This document shows, piece after piece, positions 28,711 through 38,264 of a stretch of DNA of 64,000 bases; the first letter of the stretch is position 1, and every line of letters begins with the position of its first letter. The notes under the pieces are model-generated. The model was not told the origin of the DNA and did not search any database. It was given only the letters and a program-made list of their open reading frames with translations. A program made the translations under genes and the position numbers. Source of the stretch: a bacterium (GTDB taxonomy: Bacteria; RBG-13-61-14; DATKZS01); assembly GCA_963674965.2 (NCBI GenBank), contig CAXXFL010000006.1, positions 352,001 through 416,000 of the forward strand, written 5' to 3'.

Positions 28711-28893
28711 ATGGGCCGTCCACCCAAGCCTCCTGCCGAAAAGCGGAGTCGGGGGATAACTGTGAGGATAACCGAAGACGAGTGGACAACCCTTATGAGG
28801 GAAGCAAGACGGTCCGGGACTACGGCGTCGGACCTGCTCATGCGCCCATGGAGAAGGAGAAAAGGAAATGGCCGGGGTAAGAAAGAAGCCTAA
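28711..28893 (+). CDS. Ribbon-helix-helix (MobC/CopG-like) protein
   Basis: MGRPPKP...ITVRITEDEWTTLMREARRSGTTASDLL. Confidence 0.65.
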   Translation: MGRPPKPPAEKRSRGITVRITEDEWTTLMREARRSGTTASDLLMRPWRRRKGNGRGKKEA

Positions 28894-30214
28894 AGCGGGC
28901 GGAAAATACCAGGGCTACTATACCGACTTCAACGGGAAGCGGAAATTTTTTGCTGGAACTCGAAACCGCGCCGAAACCCTTCGCATGGCCCAAAAGTTTG
29001 AGGACCAACATCGACAGGTGCGCCTTGGCTATCGACCGGCTTCAACAAAGGCTGACAAGGCGAAATCAAGACCATACTGTGAACTTAAGGATGAGTACAT
29101 CGCCTGGGGTGAGACCGTCGGTGGTCGGAGCAGCATGCCGTGGGGGGAAACACATTGCAGAATGAAAAAATCCCACCTCAATTGGTGGGAGGAGCGTCTT
29201 GGCCTTGAGGTGGTGGGTGATTTATACGACATACTACCTCAGGTGGAAGCCGCCTTGAGGGACTTGCAGGCGGCGGGTCGCAGTGGAAAAACTCTGGCTA
29301 ACTATTCCGAATCCATCTGCTCCCTCTGCGATTGGGCTGAAAAGCGTGGATACCTTATGAACGATCCACTGAAACATCTATCCACCTGGAACACAAGGCC
29401 GCAATCTATTTTCCGCGCTCCGACTATGGCGGAAGTCTATCTTCTACTACAGGTTGCTCCTCCAGAAAGAAAACTTCTTTATTTAGTAGCCGCATTCACT
29501 GGATTAAGAGCAGGAGAACTGAGATCTCTTATCGTAGGGGATCTAAATGTAGAGAGTCAATGTCTTAACCTTCATGCTGAATGGACTAAGAACAGAAAGC
29601 AGGGTACTCAACCTATACCTCATTTTCTCGTAGAAATTCTTAATAAAGAAACTGAAGGTAAAAATCATGATGACCCGATACTTTCTGTACCTTCCCATCC
29701 ATCACGCGAACTTGATATTGACCTTGACGCAGCCGATATTCCCAAGTCGACACCTGAGGGGAAAATAGTATTTCACTCTTTTAGAAGTGTATATATCAAT
29801 ATGATAGTCGGCGGTGGAGGTGGCAACCTTAAGGAGATTCAAACTCTGGCACGGCATAGCACACCTGACCTTACAATGAATGTCTATGCGAAAACTACAC
29901 CGGAGGGGCTGTCGAGACTAATAGAAAATATGGAAGAGAACATAGACATTCAAAAAATTCGTGCCCTATGTGTGCCCCACCAGGTTTCCGGGGGCACGGG
30001 CAAAGCCAAAAAAGCGTTAAAATCCAGGAAGATGGATAGTAATGATGAATGGTGGAGGCGGCGGGAATCGAACCCGCGTCCGAAGACCTTCGCCCCAGGG
30101 CACTACGCGCGTAGCCCGCGATTTGTTTTAGCCCTTCCCGCCCGCGCGGGCGCGGTCAGGTCGGGCGAGTCCTTACTTGGTTACGGTCCTAACGCGGCAA
30201 AGGGCGTTCCGTGA
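28868..30214 (+). CDS. Tyrosine recombinase/integrase; last ~54 codons run antisense through tmRNA
   Basis: TGLRAGEL, TKN, FHSFR, LARHS, TMNVY catalytic set; WWRRRESNP is the antisense translation of the tmRNA 3' end. Confidence 0.93.
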   Translation: MAGVRKKPKAGGKYQGYYTDFNGKRKFFAGTRNRAETLRMAQKFEDQHRQVRLGYRPASTKADKAKSRPYCELKDEYIAWGETVGGRSSMPWGETHCRMKKSHLNWWEERLGLEVVGDLYDILPQVEAALRDLQAAGRSGKTLANYSESICSLCDWAEKRGYLMNDPLKHLSTWNTRPQSIFRAPTMAEVYLLLQVAPPERKLLYLVAAFTGLRAGELRSLIVGDLNVESQCLNLHAEWTKNRKQGTQPIPHFLVEILNKETEGKNHDDPILSVPSHPSRELDIDLDAADIPKSTPEGKIVFHSFRSVYINMIVGGGGGNLKEIQTLARHSTPDLTMNVYAKTTPEGLSRLIENMEENIDIQKIRALCVPHQVSGGTGKAKKALKSRKMDSNDEWWRRRESNPRPKTFAPGHYARSPRFVLALPARAGAVRSGESLLGYGPNAAKGVP

Positions 30215-30408
30215 AAGGATCGGTCCGTCTGTCTGACGCCCGGGTTCCACCCGACGGACGAGGCGGGCCGGACGTCGCGGTCGTTAAGCCGCGAGAGCGT
30301 AATCGTAAGATTCGCCGTTTATTGTTTGTTCCGCCAGATTAACGTGCGAGCGGAGCACGGCGCGCGCCCATGAAGTTCAACTATCCTCGTCGAACCCATA
30401 TCGCCCCC
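30050..30408 (-). ncRNA. ssrA: tmRNA
   Basis: 5' GGGGGCG pairs with 3' CGCCUCC-ACCA including G3:U; T-arm GGTTCGATTCC; internal tag frame 30316-30284 GESYDYALAA*; TATAAT at 30420-30425; 359 nt. Confidence 0.96.
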
Positions 30409-30472
30409 GCATAAAAGAGATTATACCCAATACCGGCCCAAATAGCCAATACGGCCAGGATGGAAACTTAAT

Positions 30473-30928
30473 TTAGACGGCTTTCTTGCCCGTGAGGGAG
30501 GTTATTTCCACCTTGATAATGGTCGTCGAGTCAACGGCCTTTTCCCCGTATTCTCCGGGCGTTCCGGCGAAGCGATCGAGGAGAAGGTCAAGGGCCTCGA
30601 GTTTTTCCTTATTATCCCGGATGATGGAGGCCCGTCCCTGGCCGATTACGCTTTTGAATTTCACGTCCCACTTGCAGGCCTTTTGGTGAGGGACGATCTC
30701 GACGTCCGTTTCCACCTCGAAGCACACGTTGGGGTTTCGAGAAACAATATCCAGCTTTTTGCCTTGCCGGGCCGTATGGACGTAGATGGCTCCTTCATGG
30801 TAGGCGAAGCAAAGGGGGACAAGGTACGGAACGCGTTCATCGGCCATTGCCAACCGGCATATACGAGCCTTGAGCAGGATATCCTCTATCTCCGCCTTGT
30901 CCGTTATCTCTTTATCTTTCCTGAACAT
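30473..30928 (-). CDS. Pyridoxamine 5'-phosphate oxidase-like flavin-binding protein (NimA family)
   Basis: MFRKDKEI, PYLVPL, IYVHTA..GKK, NPNVCFEV, SVIGQG. Confidence 0.88.
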   Translation of the reverse strand: MFRKDKEITDKAEIEDILLKARICRLAMADERVPYLVPLCFAYHEGAIYVHTARQGKKLDIVSRNPNVCFEVETDVEIVPHQKACKWDVKFKSVIGQGRASIIRDNKEKLEALDLLLDRFAGTPGEYGEKAVDSTTIIKVEITSLTGKKAV

Positions 30929-33089
30929 CTTTTTTCTCGTCCGATTGGCCGGGGGAGACGGGGTTTTCCGGCGCGGCCTGGGCCCCTTCATCGTGGCCGG
31001 GCGGAGGGGGCACGTTATCCTCTCCCGGGTCCCAGGTCTCGATCTTCAAGTAATCCCAATGGCCGTAGGCCCGGACGTGCAAGGTGGTCATGGGCCCCGC
31101 CACGATCCCGGCCAAAGGCAGGCCCCTCGCCGTCTTGGCCAGATCGCCTCCAAGATAAAGCTTAATCTTGAGATCGCAATGCTCGGTGGCGAAGTTGATC
31201 CATCCTTTCACGTCGGCCGACAGTCCCTGGGCGGCCTCGACGTGGAGGTCGCCGAAATAGGCCACGCCTCCCCGCAGCCTGGCGTTGGCCGACATGGAGT
31301 GGAACTTCTGGCCCTTGAAATCGTTTCCGCCCGGCAGCTTGAGGAAATCCAGGATTTTTCCCATCAGGTTGAAACCCTCGAAGTAACCGTCCTTCACCGT
31401 CACCTTGAGGTCGCCGTCAAGGCGGCGGGTCATGAACTCGCCTTCCTTAAAAATTCCGGTTATATAGCCGTCGGCGTCAAAGACGCCGTGCAGAAAGGTG
31501 GTGGTCTCGAATACCTGGGCGGTAAAGGCCGTGACGTCCATGCCTTTCATGCGTCCGTCGAAGCGGAACTTGATATCGGTGGGATGGTTGAAATTGACCC
31601 ATGAACTTCCGCTCTCGGAATAATGGCCGCCGCAGGCGTCGAACTCGAGCTCGGGGAATGTGATCACGCGCTGGTTGGTCACGTCCCACCTGCCAGAGGC
31701 GTTGGTCAGCTTCATCTTGTTGAAGACGCCCTCCCCCACCTGGGCGCTCCCTCTCCACAGGGTCCTCATCTTGAGCATCTTCTGGCCGCGCTTATACTTC
31801 GTTCTCCTCCCCGGGAAGAAGGTATCGAAGTTCACGAAGTCAGTCTTCGGATGAAGTATGAATATGGGGTTCTTCTCCTCGATGAGCTTGCCGCTGACCG
31901 TGACCTTGCTGCCCCCGCTGTACACCACGGTCTCGGGCATGATTATCTCGCCGTCGTTAAGATATACGGTCGCGTTGATATGCTCGATGTCCCCCACCGC
32001 GCGTCCCGGCGAGTACATCATGTCGAAAGCCTTCACCGTCCCTTTATAATGGACCTTGAAGGCCTTGCGGTTGTCCGGTCCCCAGACGTGGACCTTGACC
32101 CTGCCCGACCCCTCGCCCCGCATGTCGGGCATGGTCTTGCTGTGGGCGATGGGGGGCCACAAGGCGGCGGCCCTTACCGAGGGAAAGCTCGCCGCGGCGT
32201 CGAGATTCACGTCGAAGTGGAAGGGCTTGAGCTTCAGCTTGCCCGCCACCCGGTGGATATTAATCCCCGACCAGGCAAGGGACAGGCGCTTCACGTCTAT
32301 CTCCTGGTTGGTGGGGGCCTCGAGGGCGGCCTTCAGCCTGAGGGGAGGTCCGCTTTTGCTTCCCCCGGTTTGAGGAAAGGGAAAAGTCAACTCGAGCTCG
32401 GCGGGCTTATCCGGCTTGGCGCCCTGGAATTTAAGGTCCAGGTTGGAAAGATGGACGGGCACGAGGAGCGCGTGTTTTCCCTTTTTGGTAAAGCCCCGGT
32501 CGACGATATTGAGCTTCATGTCCTCTATACTGATTTCCTTGATGGCCAGGGCGCCCATAAGGTCGAAGTCGCCGGTGGGAGTGATTTTTTTGAGGAAGTC
32601 CCTGAGGGCCCACTTAATAAAACTTTCGTTTTTCTCGGGAGGGGTTTTTTCTGGCTTCTTCTCTTTCTTGGGCAGGCTCTTGGCCCACTTGGCCACGTTG
32701 AACTTGTTTTTCGAGTCGCGCTCGAGGAAAACCTCGGGCTCGACCAGAATGACCTCGTTCCATACGATCTTTCTTTCCCGGATCAGCTTGTCCGCGTCGG
32801 CCACCACCTTTATGGTCTTGGCCTTGAAGAAGTCCTCGGACGTCCCGTTTTCGTTTTTCAGCTTGATTTCCAGGTCGTTTATCTGAATGCCCAGACCCGG
32901 CCAGAACATGGGCGTGGCCCATCCGGCCTTCATTTCCGCCTTGAGATTGGCGTCAACCCACTCGGCCAGAATCTCGGAGCCGGGCTTCTCCGGCAGGTAG
33001 GCGGGCAGCCTGGTGACGGCGTAAATTCCGCCGGCCATCACCAGCGCGGCGACGGCAAGCGCCACCAGGATAAACCTTCGCCGGTTCAT
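30912..33089 (-). CDS. AsmA-family protein
   Basis: N-terminal TM anchor, long beta-rich body, AsmA-like C-terminus. Confidence 0.75.
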   Translation of the reverse strand: MNRRRFILVALAVAALVMAGGIYAVTRLPAYLPEKPGSEILAEWVDANLKAEMKAGWATPMFWPGLGIQINDLEIKLKNENGTSEDFFKAKTIKVVADADKLIRERKIVWNEVILVEPEVFLERDSKNKFNVAKWAKSLPKKEKKPEKTPPEKNESFIKWALRDFLKKITPTGDFDLMGALAIKEISIEDMKLNIVDRGFTKKGKHALLVPVHLSNLDLKFQGAKPDKPAELELTFPFPQTGGSKSGPPLRLKAALEAPTNQEIDVKRLSLAWSGINIHRVAGKLKLKPFHFDVNLDAAASFPSVRAAALWPPIAHSKTMPDMRGEGSGRVKVHVWGPDNRKAFKVHYKGTVKAFDMMYSPGRAVGDIEHINATVYLNDGEIIMPETVVYSGGSKVTVSGKLIEEKNPIFILHPKTDFVNFDTFFPGRRTKYKRGQKMLKMRTLWRGSAQVGEGVFNKMKLTNASGRWDVTNQRVITFPELEFDACGGHYSESGSSWVNFNHPTDIKFRFDGRMKGMDVTAFTAQVFETTTFLHGVFDADGYITGIFKEGEFMTRRLDGDLKVTVKDGYFEGFNLMGKILDFLKLPGGNDFKGQKFHSMSANARLRGGVAYFGDLHVEAAQGLSADVKGWINFATEHCDLKIKLYLGGDLAKTARGLPLAGIVAGPMTTLHVRAYGHWDYLKIETWDPGEDNVPPPPGHDEGAQAAPENPVSPGQSDEKKDVQER

Positions 33090-34033
33090 TGGTGGCCAAG
33101 TTCCTCGAGCACGACGTATTGTTCTCCTTGACGGAAGGACATGTGAGTGATCAGCTCGCCCACCAGGCCGATGGAAAGAAGCTGGGCGCCGAGGAGCATG
33201 AGCATGACTCCGCCCATGAACAGCGGCCTGGTCCCTATCGGTCCCATCCCCATGAGCCACAGCGCGGTCAGATAGGCCAGCGCGGCGAACCCGACGGCCC
33301 CGATCGAGACGCCGATGCCCCCGAAAAGATGGAGGGGCCGTTTGGCGTATTGAGTGAGGAAGATGACGGTAAGGAGATCGAAGAACCCTCGCGGAACGCG
33401 CTCGAGTCCGTACTTGGATTTCCCGTGCCGGCGGGGATGGTGTTTCACGGGTATCTCGGTCACGGTAAATCCCTTGGCCGCGGCGAGGGTGGGGATGAAC
33501 CTGTGCAGGTCCCCGTAAAGCCGGATGTTTTCCGTCACCTGTCTCTGGTAGGCCTTGAAGCCGCAGTTCATGTCGTGTATCTGGATTCCCGAGGCCTTGT
33601 TGGTGACCCAGTTGGCTATCCTGGACAGGACCTTTTTTTCCATGGGGTCCTTGCGGTCCATTTTCCAGCCCGTCACCAGGTGGAAGCCTTGCTCGATGGC
33701 CTCGATGAACCGGGGTATCTCGGAGGGGTCGTCCTGCAGGTCGGCGTCGATCGTGATAATAATATTTCCACGCGAGCGCTCGAAGCCGGCCGCCAGGGCC
33801 GCCGACTTGCCGAAGTTCCTGACAAACCTTATTATTCGCGTCCGGGCGAAGGCCGAGCGTATCTCCTTCATGCGCTCGAGCCCGTCGTCCACGCTGCCGT
33901 CGTCGATGAAGATCAATTCATAGGTCTTGCCCGAGCCGTCCAGGGCTTTCCTTATTCCATCCGCCAACTCGAGAAGGGTCTTTTCCTCATCCTTGACCGG
34001 AATAACCACCGAGACGTCAATTTCCATAATCAC
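33086..34033 (-). CDS. GT2 polyprenol-phosphate glycosyltransferase (ArnC/GtrB-like)
   Basis: SVVIP, DDGS, RNFGKSAAL, DADLQD, two C-terminal TMs. Confidence 0.92.
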   Translation of the reverse strand: MIMEIDVSVVIPVKDEEKTLLELADGIRKALDGSGKTYELIFIDDGSVDDGLERMKEIRSAFARTRIIRFVRNFGKSAALAAGFERSRGNIIITIDADLQDDPSEIPRFIEAIEQGFHLVTGWKMDRKDPMEKKVLSRIANWVTNKASGIQIHDMNCGFKAYQRQVTENIRLYGDLHRFIPTLAAAKGFTVTEIPVKHHPRRHGKSKYGLERVPRGFFDLLTVIFLTQYAKRPLHLFGGIGVSIGAVGFAALAYLTALWLMGMGPIGTRPLFMGGVMLMLLGAQLLSIGLVGELITHMSFRQGEQYVVLEELGHQ

Positions 34034-34056
34034 TCCGAGCCGGCCTGATAAAAACC

Positions 34057-35709
34057 TCAGCCGGGTCCTTTGCCCAATCCCGTTTCATCGAGACGGCCGT
34101 AAACGAAATAGTCCTCGATTTTCGTCTCGAGGTAATAGTCACGCTCGATCATTTCCCAAAACTCCGTGAAAGCCCTCGCCTGGGCCGCCGAGTCGAGCGG
34201 CTCGATGGCGGTGGCGTCGTTCTCGATAATTATTATATATTTAGGCGGCCTTTTTTGCAGGGACGCCATGAATTCCGCCCGCAGGACGTCGCGGTACCTC
34301 TGAAAATCTAGGTTCCCCGCCGGATCGGCCGTCAAGGGCTGGTCATAGGCGAAGCGCGTGGGGGGAAAGCGATTCATCATTAGATATAGAGCGGGCTCGA
34401 GTCCGAAAACCAGGACCCCGTCGGAAGGCGTGGAATGCCCCGACACGTATTCGGAGACGGCCTCCGCCGCCATCTGACATATATCTCCTCCGCCCCATTT
34501 CCCATAAGCCGCCAGGAAGTTGTTTCTTTCGATCTTGCCCGCGTCGTAGAGATATTCCCGATAATATCGCTTGGAATCGGGATTAAGAGAGCCGATGAAT
34601 AAGGCCGCGAGAAGCGCGAGCAGGGCAAGGCGAGAAGCGCGAGTTCTTGAAGAACCCAATGAAATGGAAGACAACAGAGCCGCCGCTCCCCAGGCGGACA
34701 TGACGGAAAGGGGCAAAAGGAGAGGAATCCAGTGATAAGTGAAGAACTTCATCTGGATTACTATCTGAAGGAGCAATAAGGCGGCAAAGACAAGCGCTAC
34801 TCGAAGCCTGACTGATGATCGTCCATCCAGGGCCAGTGAAGCTCCCGCCAGTACCGCGAGGAACCTCCAGTCGATGGCCCATTTAATAAGACTTTGGATC
34901 ACGTTGGATATAGTCTCAGCAAGTCCGCCGTATTTCTGTCCCCCGTAAAATCCGCCGAACCTGATTACCGACTCGAGCATGGCGCTTAACGTGCCGGTCG
35001 AAACCAGATAAATAAGGAGCGGCAAAAAAGACAACGCGAACCCCGCGCCGGTCGCCAGGATCGCGGTTATGGGGCCTGGCTTTTGTCGGCGCCGCGCCAG
35101 GGCCACTTGGATGCAGACGAGGACGACGATCCCCAGGGTCGGCTTGTACTGGGCCGCGAAGCCGGAGAACAATCCGGCCAGAAAGGCGAAGGCCACGATC
35201 TTGATCCCCGCGGACTCGCCATTGTCCTCGCCGGGTACGGACTTTAAAAAGAACAGCAGGGCCAGGGAAAGGGGAAGACAAGCCAGGCTTTCCTTTTGCG
35301 CCACGTCCCAATAGGCCGTGTACATGACCACGGCGAAGCCGCCATAGAAGATCGAGGCGAAAGCCGAGGCCAACGGACGGAGCATGGTCCTGGCCGCCGC
35401 GTAAACGGCCAGATAGGTAAGTCCGGTAAAGACGAGGTGGACGAGGTTGACCGCCTCGACGAGGCTGAGAGGGAGCCTGGCCGCCAGTCCGTAAGTGAAG
35501 AAAATGGCGGGAAGGTTGAAATGGTAAACGTCCTTGTAAATCAGTCCTCCCCTGGCCATGACCTCGGCCACGTAGGCGCTGACTCCCTGGTCCCTGCCAA
35601 AGGGAACGTGGATCGAGATCAGGCCCAGGCCCATCGCAAGGACAAGCCCCAGCGTCAAAACCAGCGGACCTGAATGGAGCCGCTCTTTTTTATCGCCAAT
35701 TTCGGACAT
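34057..35709 (-). CDS. GT-C fold membrane glycosyltransferase (ArnT/PMT-like)
   Basis: Multi-TM; RDQG first loop, YKD, KP motif. Confidence 0.75.
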   Translation of the reverse strand: MSEIGDKKERLHSGPLVLTLGLVLAMGLGLISIHVPFGRDQGVSAYVAEVMARGGLIYKDVYHFNLPAIFFTYGLAARLPLSLVEAVNLVHLVFTGLTYLAVYAAARTMLRPLASAFASIFYGGFAVVMYTAYWDVAQKESLACLPLSLALLFFLKSVPGEDNGESAGIKIVAFAFLAGLFSGFAAQYKPTLGIVVLVCIQVALARRRQKPGPITAILATGAGFALSFLPLLIYLVSTGTLSAMLESVIRFGGFYGGQKYGGLAETISNVIQSLIKWAIDWRFLAVLAGASLALDGRSSVRLRVALVFAALLLLQIVIQMKFFTYHWIPLLLPLSVMSAWGAAALLSSISLGSSRTRASRLALLALLAALFIGSLNPDSKRYYREYLYDAGKIERNNFLAAYGKWGGGDICQMAAEAVSEYVSGHSTPSDGVLVFGLEPALYLMMNRFPPTRFAYDQPLTADPAGNLDFQRYRDVLRAEFMASLQKRPPKYIIIIENDATAIEPLDSAAQARAFTEFWEMIERDYYLETKIEDYFVYGRLDETGLGKGPG

Positions 35710-35785
35710 CGTTAAGTTCTTCTTGACCGATCCGCTATTTTACTTGCCCGCGCGGGGAGGTTGCAAGAAGATGGCCTGGTCAGGG

Positions 35786-36187
35786 TTAAGAAGGAGGCGC
35801 TTCATGCGTCCCACTCTTGAATAAAAAATGACGGACCGCGGCGGCCAGGGCGACTCCCGCGGCGTAGGCTATGAGGTCGGGCCAGTTGAAAGACGTCCCG
35901 AAGATCAGCCTCAGCAGAATATGCCGCGACGAGAGCCAGGCGAGTCCGGGCGTCAGTTGAAGGAACTCGACGGCCCAGCTTATGGCCAGGGCAATGATAA
36001 AGGAATTTTTCGTCCTGATCGATGGACTTAGAAAAACGACGCACCAGTAAACCATGGCGGCCCAGGCGGCGACCCCTCCATACTTTGAAAGGAAGCCCTC
36101 GAGGCCGTACCTTATGGCCAGTCCCGCGAGCAGGGTCACAACGCCGGCGGCCGCGGGGGAGGTCCTTGGTTTAAGGCGACCCATCAT
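35786..36187 (-). CDS. DUF2809-like membrane protein
   Basis: KYGG..WA.MVY, VEFLQL, LIFGTSF.W.DL.AY. Confidence 0.75.
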   Translation of the reverse strand: MMGRLKPRTSPAAAGVVTLLAGLAIRYGLEGFLSKYGGVAAWAAMVYWCVVFLSPSIRTKNSFIIALAISWAVEFLQLTPGLAWLSSRHILLRLIFGTSFNWPDLIAYAAGVALAAAVRHFLFKSGTHEAPPS

Positions 36188-36352
36188 TGCATTTAAAGAT
36201 ATATCTTGCGCCCGGCCGCGGCAAAGTTCATTAAGGAAGCATTACCGCCTTCGCGACGCGGAGAGATTCCTCAGTATCCTCAATATCTCCTTTTCTTTGC
36301 CATATTATTTTCATAATTCGATACTATGCTTCGCAGAAAAGGAGATTCGGAA

Positions 36353-37159
36353 ATGAACGCCGAAAAAATAAATGACCAAGTCCGCTCATTAGCCAGAAAG
36401 ACGTTGCCTTTTAACTGGCGGGTGGAATTGAGAAGACTTCCTCGCGCCTTGTCAGACCTGCGGGACATGAACCTAATGGCGCGGCAAAAGGGAGAAGAAA
36501 GCGAGTTCCCCTGGTTGCTTTTCCAGGATTCGTCTCCTCTGCGCCGCTTTTCCGATCGTATTCCGCGTGATCTCCAACTGGGCAAGGAAAGGAACCTAGC
36601 CGTGGCCTGCCAGGCCATCGATCGGACCGTAATCGAGCCAGGCCAGATATTCTCCTATCACCGGCTGGTGGGACGGCCTTCTCGCCCGCGCGGTTTTCGG
36701 CCCGGCCTCGAGCTTCACGACTCGGAGCAATCGGCCGGAACGGGCGGAGGCCTATGCCTTATCAGCAATATCATCTATTGGCTGGCCCTGAATTCAGGCA
36801 TGATAATCCGCGAGCGTCATCGACATTCTTTCGATCTGTTTCCGGACCATAACCGATCGAGGCCCTTCGGGTGCGGAGCCACGGTTTTTTACAATTACCA
36901 CGACCTCCGCTTCGAGAACCCGCTGGCGGCGAGAGTAATGGTCCGCCTTGAAATCGTTGAGGACGGACTGGAGGCTCGAATGCTGGCGGACGATGACGCG
37001 GGTTACGAGGTGAGGATACTGGAGCGAGGCCACCGTTTTTTCGAGGATGAGGGAGTAAAAACGCGAGAGAATTATATTTGGCGACAAATCCGCAACAAAT
37101 CGGGAACTCTCATCCGTGAGGAACTCGTCGCTCATAACCTTTGCCGAGTGATGTACTGA
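36353..37159 (+). CDS. VanW-family protein
   Basis: IEPGQIFSY, GGGLCLISN, ERHRHS, ATVFYNYHDLRFEN. Confidence 0.85.
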   Translation: MNAEKINDQVRSLARKTLPFNWRVELRRLPRALSDLRDMNLMARQKGEESEFPWLLFQDSSPLRRFSDRIPRDLQLGKERNLAVACQAIDRTVIEPGQIFSYHRLVGRPSRPRGFRPGLELHDSEQSAGTGGGLCLISNIIYWLALNSGMIIRERHRHSFDLFPDHNRSRPFGCGATVFYNYHDLRFENPLAARVMVRLEIVEDGLEARMLADDDAGYEVRILERGHRFFEDEGVKTRENYIWRQIRNKSGTLIREELVAHNLCRVMY

Positions 37160-37172
37160 GCGAGGTTGTTAG

Positions 37173-38135
37173 ATGCAAAGGGCGCTGATAAAAGGAGCCG
37201 GATTGTTTTCCTCGGGGGTCATCCCCGGGGGCGAGCGGGCCTATCGGTATATTACCAGGCGAGTAATGGGAAGCCAGGCGGGCCACGTTACCAAGTTAAG
37301 GAGAGTGTGGCCCATCTATGTCAGCGTTCTGTCCAAGATATTCGGCGGGTCCATGGATGGTCTTCGCGTTTGGGACCATGAGCCCGGATGGACCCCATAT
37401 CTCGCTCTATTGAACTATATCACCACCGGTGAAGGTGGAAGCCTGATTAACACCAGGATATCGGGCGCGAGCGTCCTGGACCGACACGCTACGGACTCGA
37501 TCAACCAGGCCATGGCTATTATCCCCCGGTTGGCGGATATGATCCATATCCCGGACGAGCGTCAAGAGCGAATAGATGGGCTTCGTTTTTGCGGAGGGGC
37601 AAGGGAAATGATGGAGGCGGTCGGGTGCCGTTATCAAGAAGGAGTGGACCCTGAAAGGCTTCCGCTGGATAATGCATCCATGGACCTGATGCATTGCGGC
37701 GGACAGTTCGAGCACTATACTCCCGCTGAACTATCCATTTTTTTGCGAGAGGCGCGAAGGATTTTACGACCCGGCGGAATGATAAGCGCGGTGGTCGACC
37801 ATCGCGATCATCTTTTCCATTTCGATCCCAAGCTACCGTTCCTTTTTCATTACTCACAAAGCGACGGGGTCTATCGCGTTACGCGCTCCAGCCAACTCCT
37901 ATATCACAACCGCCTGACTCCCGCCGAGTTTTCCGCGGCCCTGGAACGTGCCGGGTTTCATCGAGTCGGGCTTCGCAGGTTGACTTTGCCCGACCACTCC
38001 TGGAATGAGGAACAAGACGAACTTCAAGGCCGGGATGGACTTGACCGCCATCTTCTTGCGCCGCGTTTCCGGGAAATTTCGGACCGGGACCTCAAAACCG
38101 CGGCCGCCCACTATATTTACTCCAATCCAGCCTGA
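37173..38135 (+). CDS. Class I SAM-dependent methyltransferase-like protein
   Basis: LPLDNASMD...FEH...RILRPGG...DHRDH. Confidence 0.7.
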   Translation: MQRALIKGAGLFSSGVIPGGERAYRYITRRVMGSQAGHVTKLRRVWPIYVSVLSKIFGGSMDGLRVWDHEPGWTPYLALLNYITTGEGGSLINTRISGASVLDRHATDSINQAMAIIPRLADMIHIPDERQERIDGLRFCGGAREMMEAVGCRYQEGVDPERLPLDNASMDLMHCGGQFEHYTPAELSIFLREARRILRPGGMISAVVDHRDHLFHFDPKLPFLFHYSQSDGVYRVTRSSQLLYHNRLTPAEFSAALERAGFHRVGLRRLTLPDHSWNEEQDELQGRDGLDRHLLAPRFREISDRDLKTAAAHYIYSNPA

Positions 38136-38264
38136 AGCTTCTTCATTATTTCCTCACGCTTGTCTTCCCTATCACAACCGTTATATGATCTTTTCTGAAA
38201 TCTTTCTCCACGTCGCGAAACGTTTGAGAAAGGTTAATACGCCGGGAAAGGAGATATCATCCTT

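Larger units (their letters stand above)
1..30080. mobile_element. Genomic island / integrative element inserted at the 3' end of tmRNA (other boundary lies upstream of the window)
   Basis: Tyrosine integrase and excisionase-like gene abut the tmRNA 3' end. Cargo of defence, recombination and transfer genes with lower, patchy GC, then an abrupt switch to GC-rich housekeeping genes after ssrA. No second att copy seen in the window. Confidence 0.88.

Noticed and set aside
30050..30125. tRNA gene suggested by the TGGTGGAGGCG...GAATCGAACC pattern
   Set aside because: The matching 5' acceptor strand is 359 nt away and a tag ORF lies between: it is tmRNA.
36353..37159. Vancomycin resistance cluster
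   Set aside because: VanW alone is widespread; no ligase, dehydrogenase, dipeptidase or vanRS nearby.
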